Shown: positions 47,176-56,798 of the stretch, piece by piece
How the letters are laid out: every line of letters starts with the position of its first letter
Position numbering within the stretch: position 1 is the first letter of the stretch
Virus record (IMG/VR): IMGVR_UViG_3300037337_000032
Coordinates: 1-64,000 of that record
Length of the DNA: 64,000 bases
Reading direction: 5' to 3' (one strand)
Source of the DNA: a virus
Position numbers and translations under genes: made by a program
Notes under the pieces: generated by a model
Database searches by the model: none
Told to the model about the DNA's origin: nothing
The model's input: the letters and a program-made list of their open reading frames with translations, nothing else

Positions 47176-47937
47176 TTATTCATCTGCGTCTTCGACATTA
47201 GCCAAAGCACCGATAGATATACCTGTAATTTCATCATCTTTAATCATCTGCCAGAGAGTGTCATCGTGTACTTGCAAGGTAATTAGCCATGTGCTTTTCT
47301 TGACGAACTGTCCGTTTAATGTCATGTCACAAGCAGCTAAGTAAGATTCAATAATATCAAAAGTATCTGTCATAACTAAATGAAACAAGTTAGCTCTCAT
47401 CATGGACTTATTAAAGGACTCTTTAGCCTTACGAACTTCTTCTTCTGATGTATAATCTCCATGAAGATCTGTGTGATCTGGGAGCATTGCTACATAAGTA
47501 ACCTGCTTCAATTCTTCCTCTAAAGCCTTAACTACAGTTAATTTACTGCTGTCATGCACATAAGAACCGCCGGAGCTTTTTGTCAACTCTTCTTGCTTTA
47601 ATATTCTTCTAGACCAAGCTACACCTGCAGAGCCACCCCAAAGTAGCCAAGCAATTGTTCCTGCTGTGGGGCCACCATCCTGCATTTTCTTTTCAGGTTT
47701 GTAGTTTTTCTCATGCCTACTGAAGAAAGCTGACATTCTTTTAACAGTATCTAGGCTTAGATTACCATTAATTATATCTCTTGCTCTGGCTACGCCAGAA
47801 CCTACACCTTCTTCTTTAGCCTGAGATGCATCTAAACCACCGCGAGAGTATTTCTCTCTCATGGTTAGCCCGCGCTTTGCATTATTCTTCATTGCATCGG
47901 TGGGAGAAAAGCTTTTAGCTTTATAAATTGTTTCCAT
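47176..47937 (-). CDS. XkdF-like prohead serine protease with extra N-terminal domain
   Basis: PD..D.HGD, NLFH, ESY, W...K..EITG.SIGA; N-terminal GVARAR...RM.AFFSRH...IAW.LWGG. Confidence 0.75.
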   Translation of the reverse strand: METIYKAKSFSPTDAMKNNAKRGLTMREKYSRGGLDASQAKEEGVGSGVARARDIINGNLSLDTVKRMSAFFSRHEKNYKPEKKMQDGGPTAGTIAWLLWGGSAGVAWSRRILKQEELTKSSGGSYVHDSSKLTVVKALEEELKQVTYVAMLPDHTDLHGDYTSEEEVRKAKESFNKSMMRANLFHLVMTDTFDIIESYLAACDMTLNGQFVKKSTWLITLQVHDDTLWQMIKDDEITGISIGALANVEDADE

Positions 47938-47966
47938 ATTATCCCTATTTAACGCAATATAAAAAT

Positions 47967-47997
47967 TATTATATCACAATTTTACTAGAAAATCAAG
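47967..47997 (-). promoter_or_regulatory. Sigma70-like late promoter for head genes
   Basis: CTTGATTTTCTAGTAAAATTGTGATATAAT on minus strand. Confidence 0.65.
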
Positions 47998-48006
47998 TAT
48001 AATAAA

Positions 48007-49014
48007 TTAAACTGCAATTAGTTTTGATATTAATTCTTCTAACTTATTGATTCTTTGCTCTTGTTCTAAGATTCGCTTAGATAATGCTATGGTTGAAACT
48101 AGTGCTGCATTTCCATAAGCTACCGATAGCCCTCCATTTTCATCCTCAAGCACTGAATTTGGAAGTACTTTTTGTAGTGCTTGGGCAGATACTCCATCTT
48201 GTGTTATAGCGACATCTAATCTATCGTAAGTGCCGTGTTTAACTCCAGACAGCTGTATAATAAAGTCTTCAGGTAAATCTCTCCAATTTGTCTTAATACG
48301 TTCATCAGAATTTGCAGTTATATTACCGCCGCAAGTTAAGTTAGTTCCATTAAAAACTAAATTGGCAGATCCTGCCATCGTTCCTGCGTTGTTGTAAGCT
48401 ACCTGAGTTGTAGTTCCAATTACTGAACCACCTAGCGCAGCAGTTGTTACAGCTGTCACTCGACCTTTGGCGTCTACAGTAACAACAGGTACTGCACCAG
48501 AACTACCATAGCTACCTGCAGTAACCCCAGACGCTGCTAGTGTAGCAATACCTGTTACGGCAGCACTACCGTTAAAACTGCCGCTAGTATAAGTAACATC
48601 TCCAGTTAAAGCGATTGTGCGGCCTGTCTGTAGATTAGTTGCAGTAGTTGCATTACCTGTAATACTAGCCGAGCTATCGATATAACCGGCTGGATTACTG
48701 CTATTGTAAGGAGTATAACCAAGAGCAGTAGTTACATTACTGCTATTAATTTCACTACGTATTGTAGCACTACTTTTATTTTCTACACTTCCAAGACCAA
48801 CGTCACTAGAAACAAGAGATACTTCTCCTGTTTTACCAGCAACTGAAGTAACAGTCCCCGTTAAGAACGAATCAATTGTTCCATTTGCTTTCTTAAAGTA
48901 CAACTTGCTATCGGCATAATTAATAGCTAACTCACCAAAATCTAAATCTCCGACTAAAGGTACTTTAGAGACTACGGATGATTTCTTTAATATAATTTTA
49001 CTTGACATTTGCAA
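48007..49014 (-). CDS. Fibre protein with C-terminal peptidase S74 intramolecular chaperone
   Basis: GELAIN..D.KLY, VTSVAGKTG.V, V.VDAKGRVT, SDERIK...G.SAQ..Q.VLP..V. Confidence 0.8.
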   Translation of the reverse strand: MQMSSKIILKKSSVVSKVPLVGDLDFGELAINYADSKLYFKKANGTIDSFLTGTVTSVAGKTGEVSLVSSDVGLGSVENKSSATIRSEINSSNVTTALGYTPYNSSNPAGYIDSSASITGNATTATNLQTGRTIALTGDVTYTSGSFNGSAAVTGIATLAASGVTAGSYGSSGAVPVVTVDAKGRVTAVTTAALGGSVIGTTTQVAYNNAGTMAGSANLVFNGTNLTCGGNITANSDERIKTNWRDLPEDFIIQLSGVKHGTYDRLDVAITQDGVSAQALQKVLPNSVLEDENGGLSVAYGNAALVSTIALSKRILEQEQRINKLEELISKLIAV

Positions 49015-49071
49015 TCCTTAATAAAGGTAAAAAGAAAGGCTGTAAAAACCGCCTGTTATCTAGTAAATACT

Positions 49072-50403
49072 TTAGTATGTTCCACCGTCTACTTGAGATA
49101 TAGAAACCAAACCTGCTGTTACTGAAAAGTCAGTACTATCAAACTTAGAGAGACCTAGCACTGAAGTGCTTGCAGTTGGAATAGCACTTGAGCCAGCTGC
49201 AGTTACTAGCCCCTTAGCATTTACTGTAAAGTTAGGAACTGTTACTGAATTACCAAAACTCCCTACATTTCCGTTAACTGTAGTTAGAGTTAACGCAGCC
49301 GATACAGCAGCACTTCCATTTACAGCAGAAAGAGTAGCAGTAGCATCGCCAGTTAAGCTTAGATTACGTGCAGTTTGCCATGTTGTTGCAGTACTAGCAT
49401 TACCAACCAGAGCAGCATAAACAGTAGCTACATTTAGATTCTTATTTAAGTTCCAGCGATCATCTACACTTGAATAAGTTAAAGTCGCTGGTACAGTTGG
49501 GCCGATAATAGTTAAGCCACCACCATCAGCACCCGCTGCATCAACAGCATCTTTAGCTAATTCAATATTCTTGTCGCCTACAGCTACAGTAGTACTGTTT
49601 ACAGTAGTAGTAGTACCCTGTACAGTTAAGTTCCCTGTAATTACTGCATTGCCTGTTACATTGATATTAGCTGAAGTAATATCATCACTTGTAAAAGTAC
49701 CATTTACGTTTACGTTATTAAATACTACGTTACTTGTTGGAGCAACTTCTTGTCCAATCGCTAATGTTACAGTATTATTTGTAACTGTAGCAGCTACACC
49801 AGTTCCTCCTACAAAGGTTAGAGTATCTGTTAATAGGTTAACACTGTCTGTACCAGTACCTCCTGCAATGCTAAGGCTACTAGCTACGCTAGCTGTACTT
49901 ACAGCAGTTACTAGACCTTTAGCGTTCACAGTAACAATTGGTATTGTAGAAGCACTACCGTATGTGCCTATACTTGAGTTAACAGTAGCTAGGGTCAAAG
50001 CAGTAGAAAGATTTGAATTACCGTCTACAGCAGCAAAAGTTGCAACAGCATCTCCAGTTAATCCTAGACTACGTGCGTTTAACCATCTTGTAGTTGTGCT
50101 TGAGTTACCAAGCAACGCTGCAGTAATTACGTTAGCTGCAAAGTTGCCTGAAGCATCTCTCTTTACAATAGTACTTACTGTATTATCTGCAGTTCCAGCA
50201 TCAAGCATATCAGTATAGCGCTTACCGCCAATGATTGTGTGATTTACTGCATTACCTGAAGTCTCAGTACCAGTTCCTATGTATAATCTGTCGCCACCAT
50301 TTGAGCCATTATCCCCCAAAGAAGAGTAAGCTAGTACGCCCTGTCCTAAGACAGCAGGATTACCAGATACCTCTGATCGTTTGATTCTTAAAATTGAAGC
50401 CAT
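49072..50403 (-). CDS. Fibre protein (Mtd-N/hyaluronidase-like N-terminus, repeated TVNAKGLVT units)
   Basis: IKRS...P..L..G.LAYS, GNLTVQGTTTTVNS, DGGTY C-terminus. Confidence 0.75.
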   Translation of the reverse strand: MASILRIKRSEVSGNPAVLGQGVLAYSSLGDNGSNGGDRLYIGTGTETSGNAVNHTIIGGKRYTDMLDAGTADNTVSTIVKRDASGNFAANVITAALLGNSSTTTRWLNARSLGLTGDAVATFAAVDGNSNLSTALTLATVNSSIGTYGSASTIPIVTVNAKGLVTAVSTASVASSLSIAGGTGTDSVNLLTDTLTFVGGTGVAATVTNNTVTLAIGQEVAPTSNVVFNNVNVNGTFTSDDITSANINVTGNAVITGNLTVQGTTTTVNSTTVAVGDKNIELAKDAVDAAGADGGGLTIIGPTVPATLTYSSVDDRWNLNKNLNVATVYAALVGNASTATTWQTARNLSLTGDATATLSAVNGSAAVSAALTLTTVNGNVGSFGNSVTVPNFTVNAKGLVTAAGSSAIPTASTSVLGLSKFDSTDFSVTAGLVSISQVDGGTY

Positions 50404-50415
50404 TATTTTCCTTGG

Positions 50416-50670
50416 TTAGTATTGTCCAGACTCTATTGTCTGTTGTTCTAATAATCTAGTTGCTTTCCATTTTTGATCTGCAACAGAATACACTAAGATA
50501 GAACCCTCTAGCTTATCTGTAGTATCTACATCGGCAGCATCTGCTAGATTTTGAATACCATCTGCCCCGGGTGGCCCTTGTTCAGCTGTAGTAATAACTG
50601 AAGTACTAGTGGGGGCTTCATCTATAATTATAGTCTCGTATACTGTATCTACGAGTACATCAGTTGTCAT
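50416..50670 (-). CDS. Small virion-associated protein
   Basis: QGPPG, L.D..DVD.....GSILVY...KW. Confidence 0.55.
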   Translation of the reverse strand: MTTDVLVDTVYETIIIDEAPTSTSVITTAEQGPPGADGIQNLADAADVDTTDKLEGSILVYSVADQKWKATRLLEQQTIESGQY

Positions 50671-50712
50671 ACAGCTTCCCCTTTGTTTTTTGAATGAATA
50701 GGTTTATTGCAA

Positions 50713-51204
50713 TCATCTATGTGCTTCCCTGCTATTAAAGTAGTCTTTAGTTATATTTTGACCTATACTCATACAAATTGCAGCTAAATGGTGCGGCCCG
50801 AAATTAGCCGCAGACTGTAAATAAGGATAGGCTACCCATTCATTACAGAACCATTTATTACTTACTTGTTTACCGGGTAATACAGTAGCCAAAGCACCGC
50901 GCCAATCGTAGGTTTCATTTTTAGTGCAAGACAATAAATCAATAGATGCAATAACACTCCACTGGGGAACATCAGCAATTATCCAGCTATCTTTGGTAAG
51001 TGTCACTTGCTTAGAGCGAACACCCCCTTCACGTAAGCTAGAACTTGCAATTATTACCGAGCCATCTGCCTGTTCCGAATGAATAGCTTCTACGTGTGTA
51101 ACATAACTGTATTGACCCTTTTGTGCCAATTTTGTGAGTCTCCAACCAGACCTCACTATAAAGCTGTCCTTAGCGTGTGTGCCAACGTAGAAGGCTATTT
51201 TCAT
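50713..51204 (-). CDS. Permuted papain-like amidase (YiiX/YaeF, NlpC/P60 superfamily)
   Basis: THVE.I, SS.REGGVR, YDW.G, KWFC.EW (His before Cys). Confidence 0.75.
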   Translation of the reverse strand: MKIAFYVGTHAKDSFIVRSGWRLTKLAQKGQYSYVTHVEAIHSEQADGSVIIASSSLREGGVRSKQVTLTKDSWIIADVPQWSVIASIDLLSCTKNETYDWRGALATVLPGKQVSNKWFCNEWVAYPYLQSAANFGPHHLAAICMSIGQNITKDYFNSREAHR

Positions 51205-51653
51205 AATTTTTCTGTGTAACTCAACGGCCAGCCGCTGGTGAAGTTGTAGGTACTTGGTGACATACTCTTCATAAGTTCTAATCTATGCTTCTCTGCAGTA
51301 ACAAATACTGCTTGCTCGCGAATAACCATAGCTTGAAATATCTGAGTAGCTATTTTACTAGTCATAGTAACAAAAGAGCCATCCATAGTCTTCCATTGCA
51401 AACCAGCGGGAATATTATCTCCCATAATCATTAAACCAAGGTGTTGAATCTTTGAGCTTGCATCGGAATGAAACCATTTACCATCCACTTCTGCACCTCC
51501 ATCTTGAACTCTAGTTCGGTGATCTTTAATAAGCTCCCACTCAATTGGGGTGGATTGTCTTAACTCTTCGTAGTTATCAAAGTGATTGCTCTGCATGAAA
51601 GCTGCAGTAGCTTGTATTGTAGCTCCTGTGCTATTTATTTTATATAGTGGCAT
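51201..51653 (-). CDS. DUF4376-like tail fibre assembly protein
   Basis: W..IK..R.....GG..V.GKWFHSD..S, WKTMDGSFV.M, F...E.H, GWP. Confidence 0.7.
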   Translation of the reverse strand: MPLYKINSTGATIQATAAFMQSNHFDNYEELRQSTPIEWELIKDHRTRVQDGGAEVDGKWFHSDASSKIQHLGLMIMGDNIPAGLQWKTMDGSFVTMTSKIATQIFQAMVIREQAVFVTAEKHRLELMKSMSPSTYNFTSGWPLSYTEKL

Positions 51654-51663
51654 TTTACTTTCC

Positions 51664-53409
51664 TTACACCATTGAAACGTAAACAATACGAGATACACCT
51701 GTAATAGCGATTACTGCTGCAGCTGTTTTAACTGTAAGATTCTCGTACATGGCAAAGTGCGGGTATGGATTTTGGTCTAGAGCTAAAGCAGCAACGCCTA
51801 CTAAACTCAACTCTGCTCCGCCCTGTGAACCTGCTGTTGCAGTTGCGAATTGAAAAGAAGTTGGAATTGCTGCAATGCCAATTTGAGTTGCAGCTAGCAT
51901 TAGAATCTTAGATGGCACCCCACCACCATACGGGTCAAATGCACCCACACGTCCAATGCCGTTAGGTACTGTAGTACCTGTGGTAATAATTGCCCGACCA
52001 CTTGTTGTTTTCAGCCAAGTTACCATAGCTGCTGTTGCTGCCATTGTGTTCGTAGCTACGTTAGATACAAACATAGCTGCTCTAGCATTAGCAGATGCAA
52101 ACATGGCAGCGCGGTTAGCATCTGTTGCACCGGAACCCAGTAGTCTTGTCATGGCGGCTTGTCCGCCAGTTAACGCTGCGATTGCAACGCTACTATTAGT
52201 AGCAACCGTAAAGTTTGCATGGTCAGCTAATGCGCCTACTGCTGCAACATTACCTGCAAAGGCAGACATAACAGTAGCGTTTCCTGCTATGACCGAGAAG
52301 TTTGCGCTGGTCGCAAGAGTGACCAGCGCAGAAGAGTTGCTTGAGATAGCTGAAACCATTGCGGTACTAGCCAAAGCTGCTGTCAAGTTAGCGGAATTGT
52401 TTACAAGCGCAGAGATTGCAGCACTGTTAGAAGCGATGGCGTTAGTTACAGTAGCGTTCCCAAGAACTCTGAAAAAGTTTGAATTAATTGCAAGTGCAAT
52501 CATGGTTGCCGAGTTGGTTGCCATTGCCTCGGAAGCCCCACCACTAGCTAAAACCTTTACCAAAGCCTCGGGGTCGTCTACCATTGAAATAAGCGTAGGA
52601 TATAATGCAGGAACTAACCCAGCTAATGTAGCAGCAGTTGCTGGAACGCTTGCGATAAAGTGCAAACTTGCCTTATATGCAATCCAAGCAGCAGGATTTG
52701 AGTATACAGCATCGATTGCGACTTTGGTATTTGCAATAGCAGTCATTGCATCTAGCACTGGAGTTACTACAGACATTGCTGTAGTAGATGCAGCAACATA
52801 AGGAAATGCTTCACTAGACTCAGCAAATAAGCGAATAGAGACTGGATTGTTTGCAATCTCCGACATCATTGTTGCATTCGATGCAGCTACACCAACAGAA
52901 GGTAAACTTGCAATTAAAGCCCGTGTAGCACGACGGGATGCAACTACTGCTGCCTTTGCCACTGGGTTGGCAATAAGAGCATTTATTGTAAAGTAGTTTG
53001 CAGGAACTAGACCAGCTAGAGTTGCAATAGCATTCTTAGAATTTACCTCATAATTAGCACTAGTAGTAAGCAACCTCCAAGCTGTAGGGCTACTCTCTGC
53101 AGCACGTAAAGCCCCGATATTTAGGGCCACTGCTTCCATAGCAGAAGGCACATCAAGTATAGATTTGCAAGCCGTAAAGTTATCTTCAGTAGCTTGTGCA
53201 AATACTGTATTTATAGCTGTAGTGCTGCCAAGTAATGTAGTAACAGTAGTAGAGTTCGAAGCAATCCTTCGGGTTGTACCGCGCATAGTAAGAAGAACTT
53301 TAAATTCTCCAAGTCTTCCGCCGTCTGTTAATGTAGTTTCTAGTTGTGAACCAGTAACACTGCCATTTTCAATTGCGTTTAATAGTCGAATAGCTCGTAA
53401 TGCAGGCAT
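51664..53409 (-). CDS. Ala-rich helical repeat protein, probably virion-associated
   Basis: 581 aa with recurring S..AM.A.A units. Confidence 0.6.
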   Translation of the reverse strand: MPALRAIRLLNAIENGSVTGSQLETTLTDGGRLGEFKVLLTMRGTTRRIASNSTTVTTLLGSTTAINTVFAQATEDNFTACKSILDVPSAMEAVALNIGALRAAESSPTAWRLLTTSANYEVNSKNAIATLAGLVPANYFTINALIANPVAKAAVVASRRATRALIASLPSVGVAASNATMMSEIANNPVSIRLFAESSEAFPYVAASTTAMSVVTPVLDAMTAIANTKVAIDAVYSNPAAWIAYKASLHFIASVPATAATLAGLVPALYPTLISMVDDPEALVKVLASGGASEAMATNSATMIALAINSNFFRVLGNATVTNAIASNSAAISALVNNSANLTAALASTAMVSAISSNSSALVTLATSANFSVIAGNATVMSAFAGNVAAVGALADHANFTVATNSSVAIAALTGGQAAMTRLLGSGATDANRAAMFASANARAAMFVSNVATNTMAATAAMVTWLKTTSGRAIITTGTTVPNGIGRVGAFDPYGGGVPSKILMLAATQIGIAAIPTSFQFATATAGSQGGAELSLVGVAALALDQNPYPHFAMYENLTVKTAAAVIAITGVSRIVYVSMV

Positions 53410-53419
53410 AATAAATTCC

Positions 53420-54016
53420 TTATTTAGTTGTAAATATTGCAGCTAAACGGATAGTTTCATCCTCGTCTAACTCATCTCTGAATGCTTCTTCTATACTGTT
53501 AATTGCAGCTAAAAAATCCTGTGCTGGTACAGCTAGAAGCCACTGACCTAATGCATCCGTAAAGCAAGTTTCATCGTCATCTGGCTCAATCTGTGTATTA
53601 TACCACATAAATAGACCAAGACCTTCAATTACTACTGAGTCATCTAATTGTCTCGGTAGAGCAGGAATATCGCGTAGCATACCTCTACTTTCATATTCAA
53701 GGCTATTCAGGGATGTAGCTCCGCGTGGGATTACCGTATCACCTTCACCCAACAGAGATAGACCGTTAACAGTCCTAATCGTTAGGCCAGACACAAGAGT
53801 GTCTTGCTTTAAGCCAATTGCTATCCCTTGTGCGGTGCTGATGGGCTTGCTGGCATCGGACGTATTACTTACGTTGTTTAATGCGTTTACGCGGGCTGTA
53901 GTAGCTGCAAACGTAGCCTGAGCCTCAGAAACTGCAGTATCTCTTGCTAGTACTGCAGTTGTAAGTAGGTTATTTGCGGTGGCTAAATCCGCTACTGTTT
54001 GTTCTAAAGTTGGCAT
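53420..54016 (-). CDS. Hypothetical fibre-associated protein
   Basis: V.NTSDA.KPISTAQ, KQDTLVSG..I.T.NG.SLLG.G, EPDDDETCF. Confidence 0.6.
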   Translation of the reverse strand: MPTLEQTVADLATANNLLTTAVLARDTAVSEAQATFAATTARVNALNNVSNTSDASKPISTAQGIAIGLKQDTLVSGLTIRTVNGLSLLGEGDTVIPRGATSLNSLEYESRGMLRDIPALPRQLDDSVVIEGLGLFMWYNTQIEPDDDETCFTDALGQWLLAVPAQDFLAAINSIEEAFRDELDEDETIRLAAIFTTK

Positions 54017-54017
54017 T

Positions 54018-54200
54018 TCATCCTCCTGTGCGAGTTATTAGCGCGGCTTGTGTATTGGTCATGGCAGTAACGATTTGGATTAGTGGCAACTGCACCGTAG
54101 AAGACATAACTGCCTCTACGCTTGTTCGCTGTGTTGTAAATAGCTCAACCGCTTCGGTTACTACAGCTGTAAGTTCGATAATAGTTATATCTGTGCTCAT
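54018..54200 (-). CDS. Hypothetical protein
   Basis: 60-aa ORF with GGGGG RBS, in operon. Confidence 0.5.
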   Translation of the reverse strand: MSTDITIIELTAVVTEAVELFTTQRTSVEAVMSSTVQLPLIQIVTAMTNTQAALITRTGG

Positions 54201-54399
54201 AATTCCCCCGAAATAAGTTGCGCCATATATATGTTCTGAAACCTGATGGTGTTGTACGCTCTAGCTATTTCAACTTTTGCAATATGTGACACCTGTGGTA
54301 TATTTATCTGAAAAAAGTCACTCGGATGATTCAATTCCATGTATTCAATCGTAGCCAATATTGAATGCCCGGTACTGATAAATTGAAAATTCAGCATGA

Positions 54400-55869
54400 T
54401 TATGTTGAAATCAATGAAACGCTAAAATCAGGAGAAGTAGCCGTAGGCGTAACATCATTATTGGCTGCACCCAGCGTCATAGTAGCCCCGATACCGTTAG
54501 AGAAAGCAAAGCCCTCTACTGGTAGTGGATAAACCAAAGTACCGCTCGCCGGTAAGCTGCAAACAATCACGGGCGTACCGTTACCAGCTGTTGGTACGGA
54601 AGCAGTATCATACAATTTTAAGTGCCGTGCTGTTGCTGTGTAGTTCGTAAATACCACGGTGCGCAAGATAGCGGGCACGTTGCGGATGGAAACAGAGTTC
54701 ACATTCACCGCTCCCTGATTCCCCAATATAAACAACGGGATTAGCGCATCCGCCGACGCTGGTAATGACCGAACCGAGCCTATTACGTTTGATCCAGCGG
54801 GAAGCGCACCGAACGAGACAGGAACCAAGTCGTCTGTGGCAATAGACACTCGTTGTACGCCTGCACCACGCACACCGCCACCAGTAGCGACTACCGTGCC
54901 GAGGATTTCCATCAACGCCGAAGGCGAGTTGTTCAGCTGGGTGGCGGCAGGAATAGTGCCAAACGCAGTATCAAGTTCAAACAACGCTGTTAATGAACCA
55001 CTGTTAAGGAATGTGACCCGAATATAGTTGCCGTTGATAACACCCGAACGGGCGAACCCGACATTCGCCGAAACAGCGTAAGCCAAAGTTTGATTTACTT
55101 TTGTGCCCAACTCGTCGGAGAACTGTTCAATCGTAATCACGCCATCCTTGTCAGAGAACGCCAAAATGATGAACGCCTGCTGAGACACAATCGACTCAAC
55201 AGCACCAACGAACGATGCACCCGAAGCTAGCTGGGCCGAAGACGAGTTAGCCGTACTGAAATGGTATACCTGACCTGCAGGTATCACGTTTAGATTTTTC
55301 TGGCCGGTGCCTGCCTCTGTTGTTTCCAGCAGGTTTCCCGCTCCGTCTGCGAGTCTTACAACGCCAATAGCCTTCGTGGTTTCGGCCGCCAGCGTAACTG
55401 AACCAACTGCCGAAATCTGCCCGTTGGTGTTGAGTTCTTTGTACCCAAACGCCACACCCTGGATGATGCCGGACGTAAATGCAATCACGCGGACTCGCAA
55501 AAACTTCATACTGATCGGTACGGTAATGATTGCGTTGGCTGTTGCTGACAGCACGTATGGCGAAAGGATAACCCCCATGTCCTGCACGGTCAGCGGGACG
55601 AACGTCCCGTTATCATTCGATCCCTGAAACTGAACCGAACCCACCCACGTACCAGTGAGTTGCACCGAGATGAACTTATAGGCGGATGCGTCAAACGAAG
55701 CGATCAGGTCGTTGTTGGCTACTGTTACGTTTGATACCTCAATGCTGATCGGCAGCGATGGGACTATCTCAACACCTGCGCTGTCGTATTGTGTAACACG
55801 AATAGCCTTGCTAATCGCATCTATTGTTGCTAGGTCACTTGACGTACCCGACTTTATTTCTACAGCCAT
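54400..55869 (-). CDS. Beta-rich virion structural/receptor-binding-like protein
   Basis: SVQLTGTW.G.V.FQGSND, LKLYD..S.PT.G..TP, G.AFS.GI; GC-richer than flanks. Confidence 0.6.
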   Translation of the reverse strand: MAVEIKSGTSSDLATIDAISKAIRVTQYDSAGVEIVPSLPISIEVSNVTVANNDLIASFDASAYKFISVQLTGTWVGSVQFQGSNDNGTFVPLTVQDMGVILSPYVLSATANAIITVPISMKFLRVRVIAFTSGIIQGVAFGYKELNTNGQISAVGSVTLAAETTKAIGVVRLADGAGNLLETTEAGTGQKNLNVIPAGQVYHFSTANSSSAQLASGASFVGAVESIVSQQAFIILAFSDKDGVITIEQFSDELGTKVNQTLAYAVSANVGFARSGVINGNYIRVTFLNSGSLTALFELDTAFGTIPAATQLNNSPSALMEILGTVVATGGGVRGAGVQRVSIATDDLVPVSFGALPAGSNVIGSVRSLPASADALIPLFILGNQGAVNVNSVSIRNVPAILRTVVFTNYTATARHLKLYDTASVPTAGNGTPVIVCSLPASGTLVYPLPVEGFAFSNGIGATMTLGAANNDVTPTATSPDFSVSLIST

Positions 55870-55881
55870 TTTATTATCCTT

Positions 55882-56352
55882 CTATTGTAAAAGCCAAGCT
55901 ACACCATATGTGCCGTTTGCACTGGCATTGCCCATCTCACCGTAAAGTGTAAAGCCAACACCCTGTACTATACTGTGTGCCGCAAGTCGTATAGGGTCAA
56001 CTAACATATCATCTACACTGTGAGACACTGTTGCTATGTTCCTCATACTAAGTAATATAGTAGAGGTTGCTAATATTGTATCAACACCTGTAATAATTAC
56101 TTGTGCTGTCTTACTACTTAATCCAAAATCTAATGTAGCAGTTCCTGCTGTACCATTTATACCTTGAGCACCAGTTAAACCTGTCGGGCCAATCTCTCCT
56201 TGTATACCTTGAGCGCCAGTATCGCCAGTTAAACCTGCAGGGCCAATCTCTCCTTGTATACCTTGTATACCTTGAGCGCCCGGTACGCCTTGTTCAGCTA
56301 TGCTAATAACTGTGGTAATACCCGGAGTCCCTACAACTACCCTAGTTGTCAT
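55882..56352 (-). CDS. Collagen-like (Gly-X-Y)16 protein
   Basis: GVPGAQGIQGIQGEIGPAGLTGDTGAQGIQGEIGPTGLTGAQGINGTAG. Confidence 0.8.
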   Translation of the reverse strand: MTTRVVVGTPGITTVISIAEQGVPGAQGIQGIQGEIGPAGLTGDTGAQGIQGEIGPTGLTGAQGINGTAGTATLDFGLSSKTAQVIITGVDTILATSTILLSMRNIATVSHSVDDMLVDPIRLAAHSIVQGVGFTLYGEMGNASANGTYGVAWLLQ

Positions 56353-56705
56353 CTAGTTACCTCTGGAGCTGCTGTAAGACTTCCCTCTATAACTCTAGTG
56401 ACTGTTCCATCAGCAAATACAATCTCTAAATCATATGCTGCACTTGAGAATGTATATGCAGTAGATACGCCAGATGGAATTACAATCTTAAATTTACCAT
56501 TTAAAGCATCGTGAATTTCTAATCTTAAGTTTTCTGTAGTAAGGGCATCTAGAATGGTAGTATCAGTTACAGTTCTTCTTATTTGCATTCTAGCAGTGCA
56601 ACCAGTAAGATTAACTGCTACAGCTGGTACTCCTGTTTTCCATTGGATAATTTTAACAAACGTAGAACCTTTGTAAATCTCCAGATCAATATGTGCGGGT
56701 TGCAT
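56349..56705 (-). CDS. BppU/LtfC-like fibre-anchoring adaptor protein
   Basis: L.I..G.TF, NLTGCTARMQIR, YDLEI....G.VTR..EG.....PEVTR. Confidence 0.7.
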   Translation of the reverse strand: MQPAHIDLEIYKGSTFVKIIQWKTGVPAVAVNLTGCTARMQIRRTVTDTTILDALTTENLRLEIHDALNGKFKIVIPSGVSTAYTFSSAAYDLEIVFADGTVTRVIEGSLTAAPEVTR

Positions 56706-56762
56706 TTTTATTCCTTTTAAAACAACAATAACCCTGAGTATTACTCAGGGTATTTGTAAATT

Positions 56763-56792
56763 ATTATAGCATAGAATTTATAATAATTCAAG
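56763..56792 (-). promoter_or_regulatory. Sigma70-like late promoter for fibre cassette
   Basis: CTTGAATTATTATAAATTCTATGCTATAAT on minus strand. Confidence 0.65.
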
Positions 56793-56798
56793 TAACAT

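Noticed and set aside
49166-53446. Long plus-strand ORFs (e.g. 49571-50218, 51956-52801)
   Set aside because: Antisense shadows of Ala/Thr/Val-rich genes; no RBS or motifs
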